This document shows positions 11,191 to 22,849 of a DNA stretch of 64,000 bases, piece after piece. Below the pieces are notes generated by a model. The model saw only the letters and a list, made by a program, of their open reading frames with translations, ran no database searches and was not told the origin of the DNA. The stretch is from Thalia democratica (lineage: Eukaryota). Made by a program: the position numbers and the translations under genes. Every line of letters begins with the position of its first letter. Positions within the stretch are counted from its first letter, which is position 1. The stretch is from positions 15,190,001-15,254,000 of the forward strand of contig OZ241829.1 of the NCBI GenBank assembly GCA_965202585.1. Reading direction: 5' to 3'.

Positions 11191-12739
11191 CTTCCTATTA
11201 AAATATAGCATTTGTTTTTGACAATTTGTTTCTATAAAAAAACTTTTAATAGTAATTTAATTCAAGCTAGTAAAATAAGTTTAAATGCTGATATTTAATT
11301 CATAACAAATTTTAAAGTATTAGGGTAACATTAATTTATGGTTTAACAATTTAATCTTGTTATAATTGTTTGAAAAGTAGTAAGCAAGCATTTAAAAGCA
11401 TATGTTATTTATATGAAACACAAAAGTTCTAACTAATTTGTTTGGCTGACAACACGAAATTGATTATTTTTTAGATAAAAACACGATTTTTTTTGATCTG
11501 ACAAGTTATACATAACTTTGAAATTTTTAGGTTCAATAAGTTTGTTAATATCCGTTGACTCAAGGCCTGTAATAAAACATATAATGTTTTGCAAAACAAT
11601 GTATTTGTTTTCATTAAAAAAAGCTTAAAAAAAAGCAACTATTTTGATCAACAACTTTGTTTGATGCTATTAAGTCTAGATTCTGTCGCATCCTGTTATC
11701 ATTTTTACTTAAAGGTTGTATTGTGTAACTTCTATACAGTTGTATGGCCCAATTTGGGACATCGAAGTTTTCAGTGCTGTCGGTTTTTTTCCACATAGTT
11801 TTATCATAGAACATAACTGATTTGCATGTATGCATAATTGTATCTATCTTAAATTCTGTGAATTTTGAATAAGAATTACAGAAGTTGATTATAGTAGATG
11901 TTTTCTTTATATTGTTGGATTAAAGTTTTTGATGTCAAAGTACACGAAGCGTTTGTCGCTTTTGTTGCTGATTTTTTTGAACCAATCTACTACTTCGTCA
12001 AGCAAATTCAATTGATATAATACGATCTAAAATAAAAAACACGTTGAATTTTATTGACAAATTTAATAAAAGACAAATATAATGCAATAAAAATTTGTAA
12101 TTACTTTCAATTAAACCGAGTTGTATGTAGTCAAAATAAAAAATAATAATCTTCATGAAAAGAATCTTCGTCAACAATTTTTTAAATAACCGCAATGTCC
12201 ACAAAACCACTTTAAATTCTCTTAAAGATTTAAGAATGCAATCATTGTAAGGAATGCAATTAAATGGAACTACTTTTTACAACCTCACATCTCAACTAAA
12301 AAAAATAAAGTTTGAGAAATAAGAACGTTAGTTAAAAACAACTATTGATGTTCTATATTTTAGTTCCGACAGACAGCTATACAAAATTAAGAAAAGCTTA
12401 CTAACCTACTTTACCTTTTCGTTCTTCTTTTTCCTACGCCACGCAGGATCATCTCTTGTACATTTGTAGCATTAAAAATTATTTACGACTGAAATTAAAA
12501 ATTACGTAGAACTTGATCAATATGTAATGTTTAAAAATGTAATGCTTGCTCAAAAATTTCATTTATTTTGCTTAGTAGTAGTTGAAATTTATTAGTTAAC
12601 CTCCGTGCTTTATTAGGCTTGTTGCAATTTCTAAGCGTTTTGAATTAAGGTGTTCGCAGTTAGTCTCGACACGTATGTTTGTTAAAGACAGAAAAAAGCA
12701 AGATATAAATTGTTCTGCAACCTAAGCAAATTAATAAAA

Positions 12740-13020
12740 GTTCATTCTCATCTGTATTATTTTTTCTTAAACATATTATTCTATATTTTTTTCCAAACTT
12801 CTTTATTGTGCAATACTGATTTATATGCATTTAAGGTTATTTTTATTTCCTGCTCGCTTATTTTTTTACTTTCGTTTGCAAAAGCTAAAGCATTTTTTAG
12901 TAATTTTTCTGATATTGATGGGTAAAATTCTACAATGTCATACTTCATGAACTTGTACTTGTATGTACTAAGTGTTTTGTACCTATTAATAACTTCTTGA
13001 GTGTTTCGCAATTGGAGATA
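12740..13020 (-). mobile_element. Penelope-like element reverse transcriptase fragment (copy 61370-61610)
   Basis: RNTQEVIN...KYDIVEFYPSISEKLLKNALAFA...I...EIKI...KSVL...WKK matches the PLE RT motif FDI.EFYPSI. Confidence 0.75.
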
Positions 13021-13439
13021 TTTGATTAATTTTCTTCAAATAGTATTGATTCTATCAACTCTACATTTGCTAATTTGATTTATATCTTATGTTGTTTGCT
13101 AATATAATTATAATATATATATATAAAAAATATTGACATAATATAATTATTTTCTTCTTGATTTATCAAGCAGTATAAGATGCTGAATAAGTGTGGGTAT
13201 CAGTAAATTATTTGTATTTGTAGATCATTCAACTTCATATCTTATTTTTACTAAAAAGAACGGAATTTTACCGAATACAGACATGATAAAAACTCAACAT
13301 GGTCTTTATAGCTTATATCATAGTTGTTTGAGTCTCATTTTTTGATGAAGCACAACATTACCATCACGTTAAACTGTTATTTTGTTCTTTGACTGAAAAA
13401 CGTTTTCAAGTTTTAGTAAAAGCTATTTTAATACTGAAT

Positions 13440-14386
13440 TATTATTATTAAGTTTATTGTCCAACAAAGGACCTAGGCATTAAAACCTAGGTCACTTAAA
13501 CTGAAAGACACTAAAAAGAAAAAAACAAATTACAGTGATTAAATAAACATAAACATAAAACTTATACAAAGTACAAACTGAATAAATTAAAACTTTCACA
13601 ATTCAACGATTCCAAAGTCACCAATCTCCAATTATACGTTCCAAAGCAACAAATACCTGTAACAAGCATTTCTGTCAAATCTTCAGAACCTGTCTTCATC
13701 ACGCAGAACACTGATCTGAGCTACTATTTGCCACTCGTTATGACGGCAAATTCAGTCAAAAATCACTTCAAAAATGTGGCAGCAACAGTTCACAAATCTA
13801 GCTTAGAAATCAACTGAGTATCCAATAATTTCAAAATCTAAAGCCCAAAGCACATTAACAACAGCCCTTCCGAAAAAATCAAAGTTGAAAAGTACCTAAA
13901 ATCTATAAGGGGAAGGTGTAGCTTACAGATTAAACTACCAATAAACTACATACCACACACCAAATCAATGGCTAAAGAGATGAACAAAACTAATCACTTA
14001 TAAATTTTACTGGTAAATATTTTATTTAAATCAAATCTTTTTAAGTTTAATCGAAAATCTTTAAGATTTTTGCACGATACTAGTTCATTTGGAAGTTTGT
14101 TCCACATTTTTACCGAACGATAGAAAAAAGATTCGTGCCAACCAACATAGTTGAAATGATATTTGCATGTATATTTTCTATTATTACCTCTAAGTGAGTA
14201 ATTGTTTTCATAAGGTTTAAAGAAAGTTTGAGAATCAATAGTAGTTTCATTGTTAATCAGTTTAAAAAAAGTAATTAGATCAAATTCAAGTCTTCTGTAT
14301 TCTAAAGTTTTTATATTAAGCTGTTTTAAGAACTTTAAAACAATGAACGACAATAAAAAATAACTATGGTTATAATAAGAATATTG
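13440..14386 (-). mobile_element. 5'-truncated CR1/L2-clade LINE: ORF2 C-terminus, 3' UTR and TAA tail
   Basis: LNIKTLEYRRLEFDLI..FK...SLRGN...FFYRSVKMWNKLP.ELVSCKNLKDF is a typical CR1-group ORF2 end. The 3' end has a gacctagg..cctaggtc stem and an aataataataa tail at ~13440-13495. Confidence 0.8.
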
Positions 14387-14522
14387 AATCATAATGCAGT
14401 CGTGAGGCAATAGACAAAGCTAGACCATAATATAACAAAATACACATAAAGAGCTAAAATTTAAAGAATCTACAAAACTTATACAAAAGCGAGCGCATCA
14501 CAGAAGTAGCCACAGCCATGAA

Positions 14523-15056
14523 CTAAGACGAAATGTTATGTTTGAATTCAACCTTAGCCATGATTTTCGTAAACAACGTACGCTTCTCATTAGGCATGTC
14601 AGGTATCTCTCTTTTATGTTTTAATTTCCTACAATTATTCTCCATAACGAAATCGTAAGCAGCTAAGGCGTAACACAAATCACCTGCAGTCTTATAATTG
14701 ATAAAGATGTCATAATCTTTTAGCAAACAATCAATCATCATCAGGTTGATTCTCTTTTTTCGTCTGAAGTTTAGAATTAATTGACCCTTATGCCACTCGT
14801 CCTCTAACATGGCAAGTTCGCCATCACAATCCGATCTGTCCAAGTGCCTTAAAAACTCTTTCTTCTTAAGTAAAAGACGATCCTCGTCAGTCCACCTCCT
14901 ACTGTCCCCCGCGCCCGCGAGCCCCAGGTCTGTAGTTTGCTTAACTTTCCAGTTGACTTTATCTAATATAATTCTTCTTCCGTTATGGTTAATCACCGAA
15001 GAAGCGGAATCCAGCAACTTGCCAGTTACTAGCATACCACCTTCCTTATCCGGCAA
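14523..15056 (-). CDS. Orphan 177-aa ORF in a GC-richer island, copy 1 (candidate virus-derived)
   Basis: ORF track. The frame continues upstream past one in-frame TAG (SRLDEKVLLPTVIHIQDDQSVASLAAEMLLMGE*LGFDILPDKE). No introns; no family recognised. Confidence 0.5.
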   Translation of the reverse strand: MPDKEGGMLVTGKLLDSASSVINHNGRRIILDKVNWKVKQTTDLGLAGAGDSRRWTDEDRLLLKKKEFLRHLDRSDCDGELAMLEDEWHKGQLILNFRRKKRINLMMIDCLLKDYDIFINYKTAGDLCYALAAYDFVMENNCRKLKHKREIPDMPNEKRTLFTKIMAKVEFKHNISS

Positions 15057-15898
15057 TATATCAAAACCTAGCTACTCACCCATCAATAACATCTCTGCGG
15101 CCAGCGAAGCTACACTCTGATCATCTTGAATGTGTATGACAGTAGGGAGAAGGACCTTCTCATCTAACCTTGAATTATGACTTAAATCCTGAATTGTTTG
15201 AAAATGATTTGAAAATTACCTTTTGTTTTCATAAACTTATAAATGTCATTTAAAGATACATTTTAATGCATGTATCATTAAAAGTTCTGCTGCGTTGATA
15301 ATAGAAATGGAACAATCATACTACACACGTTTAATTAAGATACTTTTAAAGTAAACTCCTATAACTTTTACATACTTATCATTCAAATTCAACAAATGCA
15401 AACCAAATACTTTGTTGGACAACACCTAATTTTACTATCTCTCGTTTTGCAGGCTGTCTGAGACTCAATTTTGGCTTACTAAAATAATAACTTATAATTA
15501 ACCTCGTATAAGATTAGCATAAATGGAGCTATATATTGTTTTTTATTTTTATTTCATTGATGACAACTATTTTAATTAAGAAAAGCTTACTAACCTACTT
15601 TACCTTTTCGTTCTTCTTTTTCCTACGCCACGCAGGATCATCTCTTGTACATTTGTAGCATTAAAAATTATTTACGACTGAAATTAAAAATTACGTAGAA
15701 CTTGATCAATATGTAATGTTTAAAAATGTAATGCTTGCTCAAAAATTTCATTTATTTTGCTTAATCATAATGCAGTCGTGAGGCAATAGACAAAGCTAGA
15801 CCATAATATAACAAAATACACATAAAGAGCTAAAATTTAAAGAATCTACAAAACTTATACAAAAGCGAGCGCATCACAGAAGTAGCCACAGCCATGAA

Positions 15899-16432
15899 CT
15901 AAGACGAAATGTTATGTTTGAATTCAACCTTAGCCATGATTTTCGTAAACAACGTACGCTTCTCATTAGGCATGTCAGGTATCTCTCTTTTATGTTTTAA
16001 TTTCCTACAATTATTCTCCATAACGAAATCGTAAGCAGCTAAGGCGTAACACAAATCACCTGCAGTCTTATAATTGATAAAGATGTCATAATCTTTTAGC
16101 AAACAATCAATCATCATCAGGTTGATTCTCATTTTTCGTCTGAAGTTTAGAATTAATTGACCCTTATGCCACTCGTCCTCTAACATGGCAAGTTCGCCAT
16201 CACAATCCGATCTGTCCAAGTGCCTTAAAAACTCTTTCTTCTTAAGTAAAAGACGATCCTCGTCAGTCCACCTCCTACTGTCCCCCGCGCCCGCGAGCCC
16301 CAGGTCTGTAGTTCGCTTAACTTTCCAGTTGACTTTATCTAATATAATTCTTCTTCCGTTATGGTTAATCACCGAAGAAGCGGAATCCAGCAACTTGCCA
16401 GTTACTAGCATACCACCTTCCTTATCCGGCAA
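15899..16432 (-). CDS. Orphan 177-aa ORF, copy 2
   Basis: The 829-bp unit 15763-16591 is nearly identical to 14387-15215, with two amino-acid differences in the ORF (Q/R, K/M) and the same upstream TAG. Confidence 0.5.
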   Translation of the reverse strand: MPDKEGGMLVTGKLLDSASSVINHNGRRIILDKVNWKVKRTTDLGLAGAGDSRRWTDEDRLLLKKKEFLRHLDRSDCDGELAMLEDEWHKGQLILNFRRKMRINLMMIDCLLKDYDIFINYKTAGDLCYALAAYDFVMENNCRKLKHKREIPDMPNEKRTLFTKIMAKVEFKHNISS

Positions 16433-16993
16433 TATATCAAAACCTAGCTACTCACCCATCAATAACATCTCTGCGGCCAGCGAAGCTACACTCTGATCAT
16501 CTTGAATGTGTATGACAGTAGGGAGAAGGACCTTCTCATCTAACCTTGAACCATGACTTAAATCCTGAATTGTTTGAAAATGATTTGAAAACCAGAAAAG
16601 TTTAAGTTTCGTAACCGAAAGTCAATGGAAAGATTGTAGCACTCAATTGAAAAACTAAGTATTTAATACAAAAACTTCTAAGAAAAAAATTAGCGATTTG
16701 TTTTTAATTAGATTTGAAGTTCCAGTATGTAGTATAAAAAATTTTAAACCCAGTAGCTAGTACATTGTTAATAGTAAATAGTGTAAACAAATAGAAAGCA
16801 CAACAGCTTTATTGAAATTAAAATAACGAAAAAAAAACTAGGCGATTAGTTTTAATGAAATTAAAAGAACTAAATAAGAATATTATTTTTTCTTTCAAGC
16901 GAATCTATTAAAAAATAGATAGAACTAAGTTAGCTTTGCAAGTCTAAAAAGGTTTCTGTTTTTAAATAAATTTTAGAAGCAAGCTACAAGAAG

Positions 16994-17254
16994 TTAATAA
17001 CCGACAAAAATATTGTTCATGTTTTCAATTCTGAAATCTTCCAATGTCTTAGCATCGCCCTCTAAAGGTTGAAATTTACAGTTTCTGACGAGTATGAGCC
17101 TGATTTTCTGTGCATCAACTTCAAATTTGTCCTGCAAAATTGCCTTCAGTTCTGTTAAACTTGTGTCTTTTTGCAGTTCCAGACACTCTTTTCTCTTGTC
17201 TTTGAATTCGAAATGCAGGATAACTTTGTTTTCTGTCCACTCGTTTGTAATCAT
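16994..17254 (-). CDS. Small ubiquitin-like (beta-grasp) domain ORF, 86 aa from ATG; may be an exon or pseudogene
   Basis: SLTELKAILQDKFEVDAQKIRLIL...LEGDAKTLEDFRIENMNNIFV fits the ubiquitin-fold pattern LK..I.......QRLI...L.D.KTL.DY.I. Confidence 0.55.
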   Translation of the reverse strand: MITNEWTENKVILHFEFKDKRKECLELQKDTSLTELKAILQDKFEVDAQKIRLILVRNCKFQPLEGDAKTLEDFRIENMNNIFVGY

Positions 17255-20200
17255 CGTTAACAGTTTCAATTGAGTATAATTGTGTTATAAAGCTGGAAGA
17301 ATAAACATTTTTTTTTAATATTAATTGTTTTTTAAAGAAGTTTTTTTAGCAATAACATCTTACAAATAAAAACTTCCATATACAATTGGCAAACCATTTA
17401 AATTATTTTTTTAATTCTAATTAATTTTTAAAATAGAAACAATGTAAAAATGTTTTACTACATTAAAACTTTTTACAAATAGTATTAACAATGTTAAGCG
17501 TATATTTTTATACATTTGTATAAAACACAAACTGTTTACTGTAAATACTATTTTAATATTTGAAAAGTGTTCAACAATTTAAGTTATAGAAAAATTAAGC
17601 TATTTGACTAAAAATTCTTTTCTGATTCATTTACAGTTAGCTATAAAGTATAACATTTTATAGTTTTAAAGACCGTTGATTATTTTTATAAGAAGTTATT
17701 GCAAGTATATTTTTAACCTCTGACTATAATTTTTTTATACAAATTAACCTTAAAAAAGGAAAGAACTTATAATGATTATATGCACTAAATATTAACTTAA
17801 TCTACTGAAAGCTTAGTTTTTTATGATAATGTTTTAAATTGTAATAACGAAAAGTTAGTTTAAAGTTAAATTAAAATTTAAGTCAAATAAATAATACTTT
17901 TTACTTCGAACTATTGAGGCTTAAGTACCATTTGTTGTAACTCAAAATGTTTAAAACAATATCTGCAAACTTAAAGTTTTTGCTACTTTTGGCTAGCAAA
18001 ATTTATTTTTTATGATTGTAGTTTAAGTAACACATACTTACACAAAACAATTAATTCACTTTTTTAAGCAAATGAAATACAGAAGCCTTTCAAATAATTC
18101 ACAAAAGCAGCATAAGAATATTTTTTTTTATTGAACAAATAACTAAACGAAATAAGCTAAGTAGTTTCAATAAAAAAAGTAAACACATAGGAAAATAATT
18201 TTTGACACTTGTGTGTTTAAAAACAACTCGAGTAAATGACGTTTTATAAGTTTATGCAAACTTTAAATTAAATAATTAAATTGACAAAAAAGCTGAATTT
18301 TTATTGTGAAAAACTTGCTTATGATAGATATTTTTTAATGCTGTGTTAAGTACCAAAAACTTTCTTACAAAATGTATAAATTCAAGTAATTACAGTACAA
18401 AAATAACTAGTGTAAAACAATTGAGAAAAAATCCTCTATTAAACAACAAAATTAAAAGTTATTTAATTAATTTCATGTGTTCAACATTTTAATTGTCTTA
18501 TTATAACTTATATTTTCGTTTGTTATGTAGATAAATATAAAGTTCTCAATAACTGTTTTATAAGTTTAATATTTAAATAAGATCTTCAAAGGAAAATGTT
18601 TAAAACAAAAAATATAAATACTAGTAGACAGCTCAGATCATTTTATAAAAGCTACTTTTCTTAAACTATTTAATTTAGATTAATAACTGAACAAACTTTA
18701 TGCTAAATACTAAAAAAAACAATATTATACTATGACGTTCAGTTTTGCTTACCCTAACTTTGCTTAAATTTATAATCTAAACTTAATTTATTATTATTTT
18801 AGTAGCAAATTTTTAAATCTATGACATTTTTTCCTAACCAACTTTAATAAAATTTGGTGCACGAAATTTCAAATTAGGATGACTTTAATTCCAAAAGTCA
18901 AATTTTTGATAAACCTGAATTAGTTTTTTGTTTTCCCTTCTATTTTTTAACTATTTTCCTAATATCATAAAATTTATTTAATAATAAAGTTAAATTAATG
19001 AAAAATATTGTAATATTTTTTTTATTTGAAATTGTTTTTTAAGATATGGCTCCTTGGAAACTTTAAATTTGATTTGTCGTAGTTTAAATTGATACAAAAA
19101 TAAAAAATATATACTATTTCACTTTTCAAAAAAAAACTGTACAATTAAGACTTCTACTCAAAAACATAATCAACTAATATTTTAGGTTTTTAATGCTTTA
19201 AACTACTAAGACATAGTATTAAAAGAAAATGCGTATTAAGATTAAAAATTTTAAGTATTTAGTAAACAGTGTTTAGGATTAGTTTTTATTGTCCATTTAA
19301 GTAACTAACATTGTTTTATTATTACCTGTTTTCTAAGCTTTTTATGAAAACTAGGCTAAACACATTTAATTATATTTAAGTAACTTAAATAAGAGTACAG
19401 TTATTACATAATTCGCAGTTATATATTAGGCTTCGATTTAATGTGTTGATAATATTAGTATCCCTATTACTATTACTTTTAGTGTTTAATAAGATCAACT
19501 TGGCTTTTAACTAAAGTTTAAAAGACTGATTTGCATGCTACGTCGGTCAATAAAGTAATTTTGATAATTAAAAAAGAACTATTGTTTTAAAAAATTCAAT
19601 ATTTAGGTAATATGTATTACAATATTTGCACTTGTGTTGTATTCTATATAAAACTAAAATATAGAATATAAACGTCTGAAAACAATAAAAACTAAAAACT
19701 GAGTTTACCATAACAATAAAACTACTAAAAATTGCTCTTTGAAAAACTCAGGTAAATGTAGAGCTATATTAATTTTACCTACTTGTGTAAAAGAATAATT
19801 TCAAATAGTTGTTTAATAAGCTATAAAATTTATTGTTTTTGTTTGACAAATGTTAATGAAAAACATAATTCAATTAGTTAATATTTTTTATTTGCTTGAA
19901 CAACTAAATTTTTTATGTATAACTATAAATCTTCTCAAACTACAACAATTTAAACTTTAACTGCATTCTACATAATTTTGAAAACGAATAAAACATAATT
20001 TAAAAGGTCATAATTTGCAACTACTAATTAGCAAAAGTAATTACTTTTGTATAAATAGCTAAAAAGCTAGTTTAATTCTTTTCAATTTTTAAAGAGTTAC
20101 AGGTCTCTCATAAATTTTATTGTTTATTGAACAACACAAAAAGCACACAAAAAAATTGGTCTTATCACAAAACAAAAGGATCTAGTGAATGTAAAACCTT

Positions 20201-20312
20201 TCGGTTATCGAGTTGTACGACACTTGGAAGTTTAACGTCACTGTCAAAGACATAGTATTTTTATCCAAATAAAGCATCACTTACTCAATTTTTGTAATCT
20301 GATAAGCTACAT

Positions 20313-21142
20313 ATGCTAAAATTTAGTTTTAGGAAGACAAAAATTAAGGAATTAAGTTTAAATGACGATGAAATTTTTGAAAAGTTTACAAAACTTTTGG
20401 AAGTCCAAGTGATGCAATTTGATTTGGTCGACAAAATTTTACCTAAAACCAAAAAACTATTCAAGTAAGTGAACAAACTAACAGATCAGGGATTGAAAGT
20501 ACTTAAGTTCCTTCGATGGTGTTATAATAAGGTTTTGTTTATTTATTATTAACAACGTTAACTTATTTTTATTACCGATAAAAATTGTTGTTATCGTCCT
20601 ATTATTTAACTTATACTAACCAAATTATTAACTATTCATGGTCTTAAGATAACAAGAAATTTTATTCATATTTTGTTAAATTTTAGTCAGTAAAAAATAT
20701 CTTGAAATATAACACTACTTTAAACTTACAAAATTTGAAGTAAATTTATATGCAAATATACTTTGATGCACAGTGTGCACTATACTCACAATTTAATAAA
20801 AACATAAAAATATAGACTTTAATTTCAATTTAGAACAGCAAAGGCGAATTTAAAGTGATCACGTTTGTTCCAAAAATCTTGCATAAAAAGAAAGTAAAAA
20901 TGATCTTGCTGTCTAAAATTGATCAGGAATCATTAAACAACTTTTCTGTCAAATGTAAAAGTTTGAACCTTATTCTTAAAGAAGGTTACCAACCGGAATA
21001 TAACCATTGGAGCCCGAAGCCCTACAACAACAGAAGCAGTCACAACAAGAAGATTGAAGTTGAGATGATAAAATTGCAAATTAAAATTGAAAGCATTTTG
21101 GCTGAACTGCAATGGAATGTGGATAAATCAGAAAATTCTTGA
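20313..21142 (+). pseudogene. Spliced orphan gene, paralog 1 (exons 20313-20531 and 20834-21142), with in-frame TAA
   Basis: GT-AG phase-0 intron 20532-20833 at the same position as in paralog 2. TAA at 20466-20468 where paralog 2 has GAA. Confidence 0.65.
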
Positions 21143-21999
21143 ATTAAATCTGTTTAATTCATTTAGTTGCTTCGCTCAAACACTTTGCAAAGCAAACAAT
21201 AAAGAGGTGCTATTTTTCTTTATATATCATTAAAAATAAGTTGTCTATAACTTTTTTTGCAAACTAAACTTAGTTTAATTTTTATCATCTCTAAATTTTC
21301 ACTAAAGTAGAAAATATTTGTTTTAGTTTGCAGCTTTTATACATGTTCAATATAAAACATAGAAATACTTTTATCATTTGTTATTTACTTTTAAAGTTTA
21401 AAAACTTTCAATTAAAATGTTTTTTGTACCCTAGCTTGACAGTATAACAAATGTAGTGAAAAATAACTTAATTTTCTATTTCTACGATGTTAAACAGTTT
21501 AATTAGCAAGATTATACAAGTAGTGAACTTAGTTTTTAATAAGCCATTAAAGCTTGAATTTATCTAGTATGATACTAACAAAAAAAGTCATTATCATGAT
21601 TATTAAGTAACTGCTATTTTAAACATCCATGTAAAAGTATTTTTAAAATAGTAGATTAAGAAAATACAAATAAATTTTGAATCTAATCAAATTTTTCAAG
21701 TTACAGCTAAATAAAGTTCAATCATAGATGACATTGTAGTATTTTAGTACGTCAAAAGTTATACAAAACACTCAAAAAACTTAAAACAAATTTGAATCTA
21801 CAGGTTAAGATTAGTTATTAGTATTCTAACTAGTTACGTTTCAGTGCAATAATCTTAAAGTTTTATTGTAATTTAAATTTTTTTTCAATCTTAATAGTAT
21901 GTGCTTTATTAGTACTTCTATGTTTCAGTTTAGAAAATGATACTAATAAATAAACATTAGTACACTATTTTTACAACATATTATCATTAGTGTTGCAAA

Positions 22000-22060
22000 T
22001 TTATTGTCTTACGCTGGACCTAGGCATCAAAACCTGGGCAACTTAAACTGAAATACTCAC
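22000..22060 (-). mobile_element. Short CR1-like 3' end
   Basis: ttattgtc...ggacctaggcatcaaaacctgggcaacttaaactgaaa is similar to the CR1 3' end at 13455-13505. Confidence 0.5.
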
Positions 22061-22716
22061 AACGAAGAAACAGAAAAAAAGCACAGAAAAATTAATATCG
22101 TTGAAAATCAAAAAAACATATTTTAGTTTTTCTTTTTTAATAAACAAAAAATAAAAATGTTAACAAATAAAACTTAACTTATCAATTTATTTATGCTTTG
22201 AAGTAGAAGGTTATTGTCAAACATGTCTTTTCACCTCCTAATAAGCATTTTTATCATCAACAATTTTAATGATCTTTGAGATCCATCAATTGCAAAAACA
22301 GTTGAAAAAATTATATTTCAGCATCAACTCACAGCTTCTCACCAACAAAAAACCTTCTCTGCAAAGTTTAGGAAAACATACTGAGACGCTCAAGTCAGAC
22401 ATTTCATTTATGATTTTGATGCAAAAAATCAGCAATACAGTTTGAATCAGGCACTTCTACGTCTAAATGGGATTCTGAATCACTTCTATCCAAGTCATTT
22501 GGAACACACCAAAATATCAAAATACAAACCAAAAATAAAAGTTCAAGATTGAACTTTTTTTCGTGAACAAACATCAACCCAATATACACATCCTGACTTT
22601 CAGAACTTAGTTCTGCACATTTGTACACCTTTTTTACCAAGGCAAAATAAACTATTTAAAAGGTACAATATCACAATTAATAAATTATAAGATTAAAAGT
22701 CCTTATTCAATCAATA

Positions 22717-22849
22717 TGTTCGGTAGACATTTGTTTGGCTTGTCTGTTGTTAATATGATTTGGGTTTTAACCTCAAAAATTTAAATGCACAAAATATAAA
22801 ACCCAAATCATATTAACAATAGATAAGCCAAATAAATATCTATCGAACA
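22717..22849. repeat. Inverted repeat: 53-bp arms, 27-nt loop
   Basis: Arm 22717-22769 versus the reverse complement of 22797-22849 is 48/53 identical; all five differences are transitions. Confidence 0.9.

Noticed and set aside
13604-13830. ~73-codon + strand open frame (FNDSKVTNLQLYVP...SSLEIN*)
   Set aside because: No start codon, and it lies within the CR1 3' UTR; probably chance.
7137-15120. + strand ORFs 7137-7367, 7464-7817, 9395-9610, 9930-10160 and 14809-15120 (also 16185-16496, 52050-52250, 52510-52734, 55567-56067, 57058-57297)
   Set aside because: Antisense shadows of better-supported minus-strand coding sequences.
22200-22640. ORF 22404-22640 and adjacent coding-like sequence
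   Set aside because: Frames are broken and I could not assign a family.
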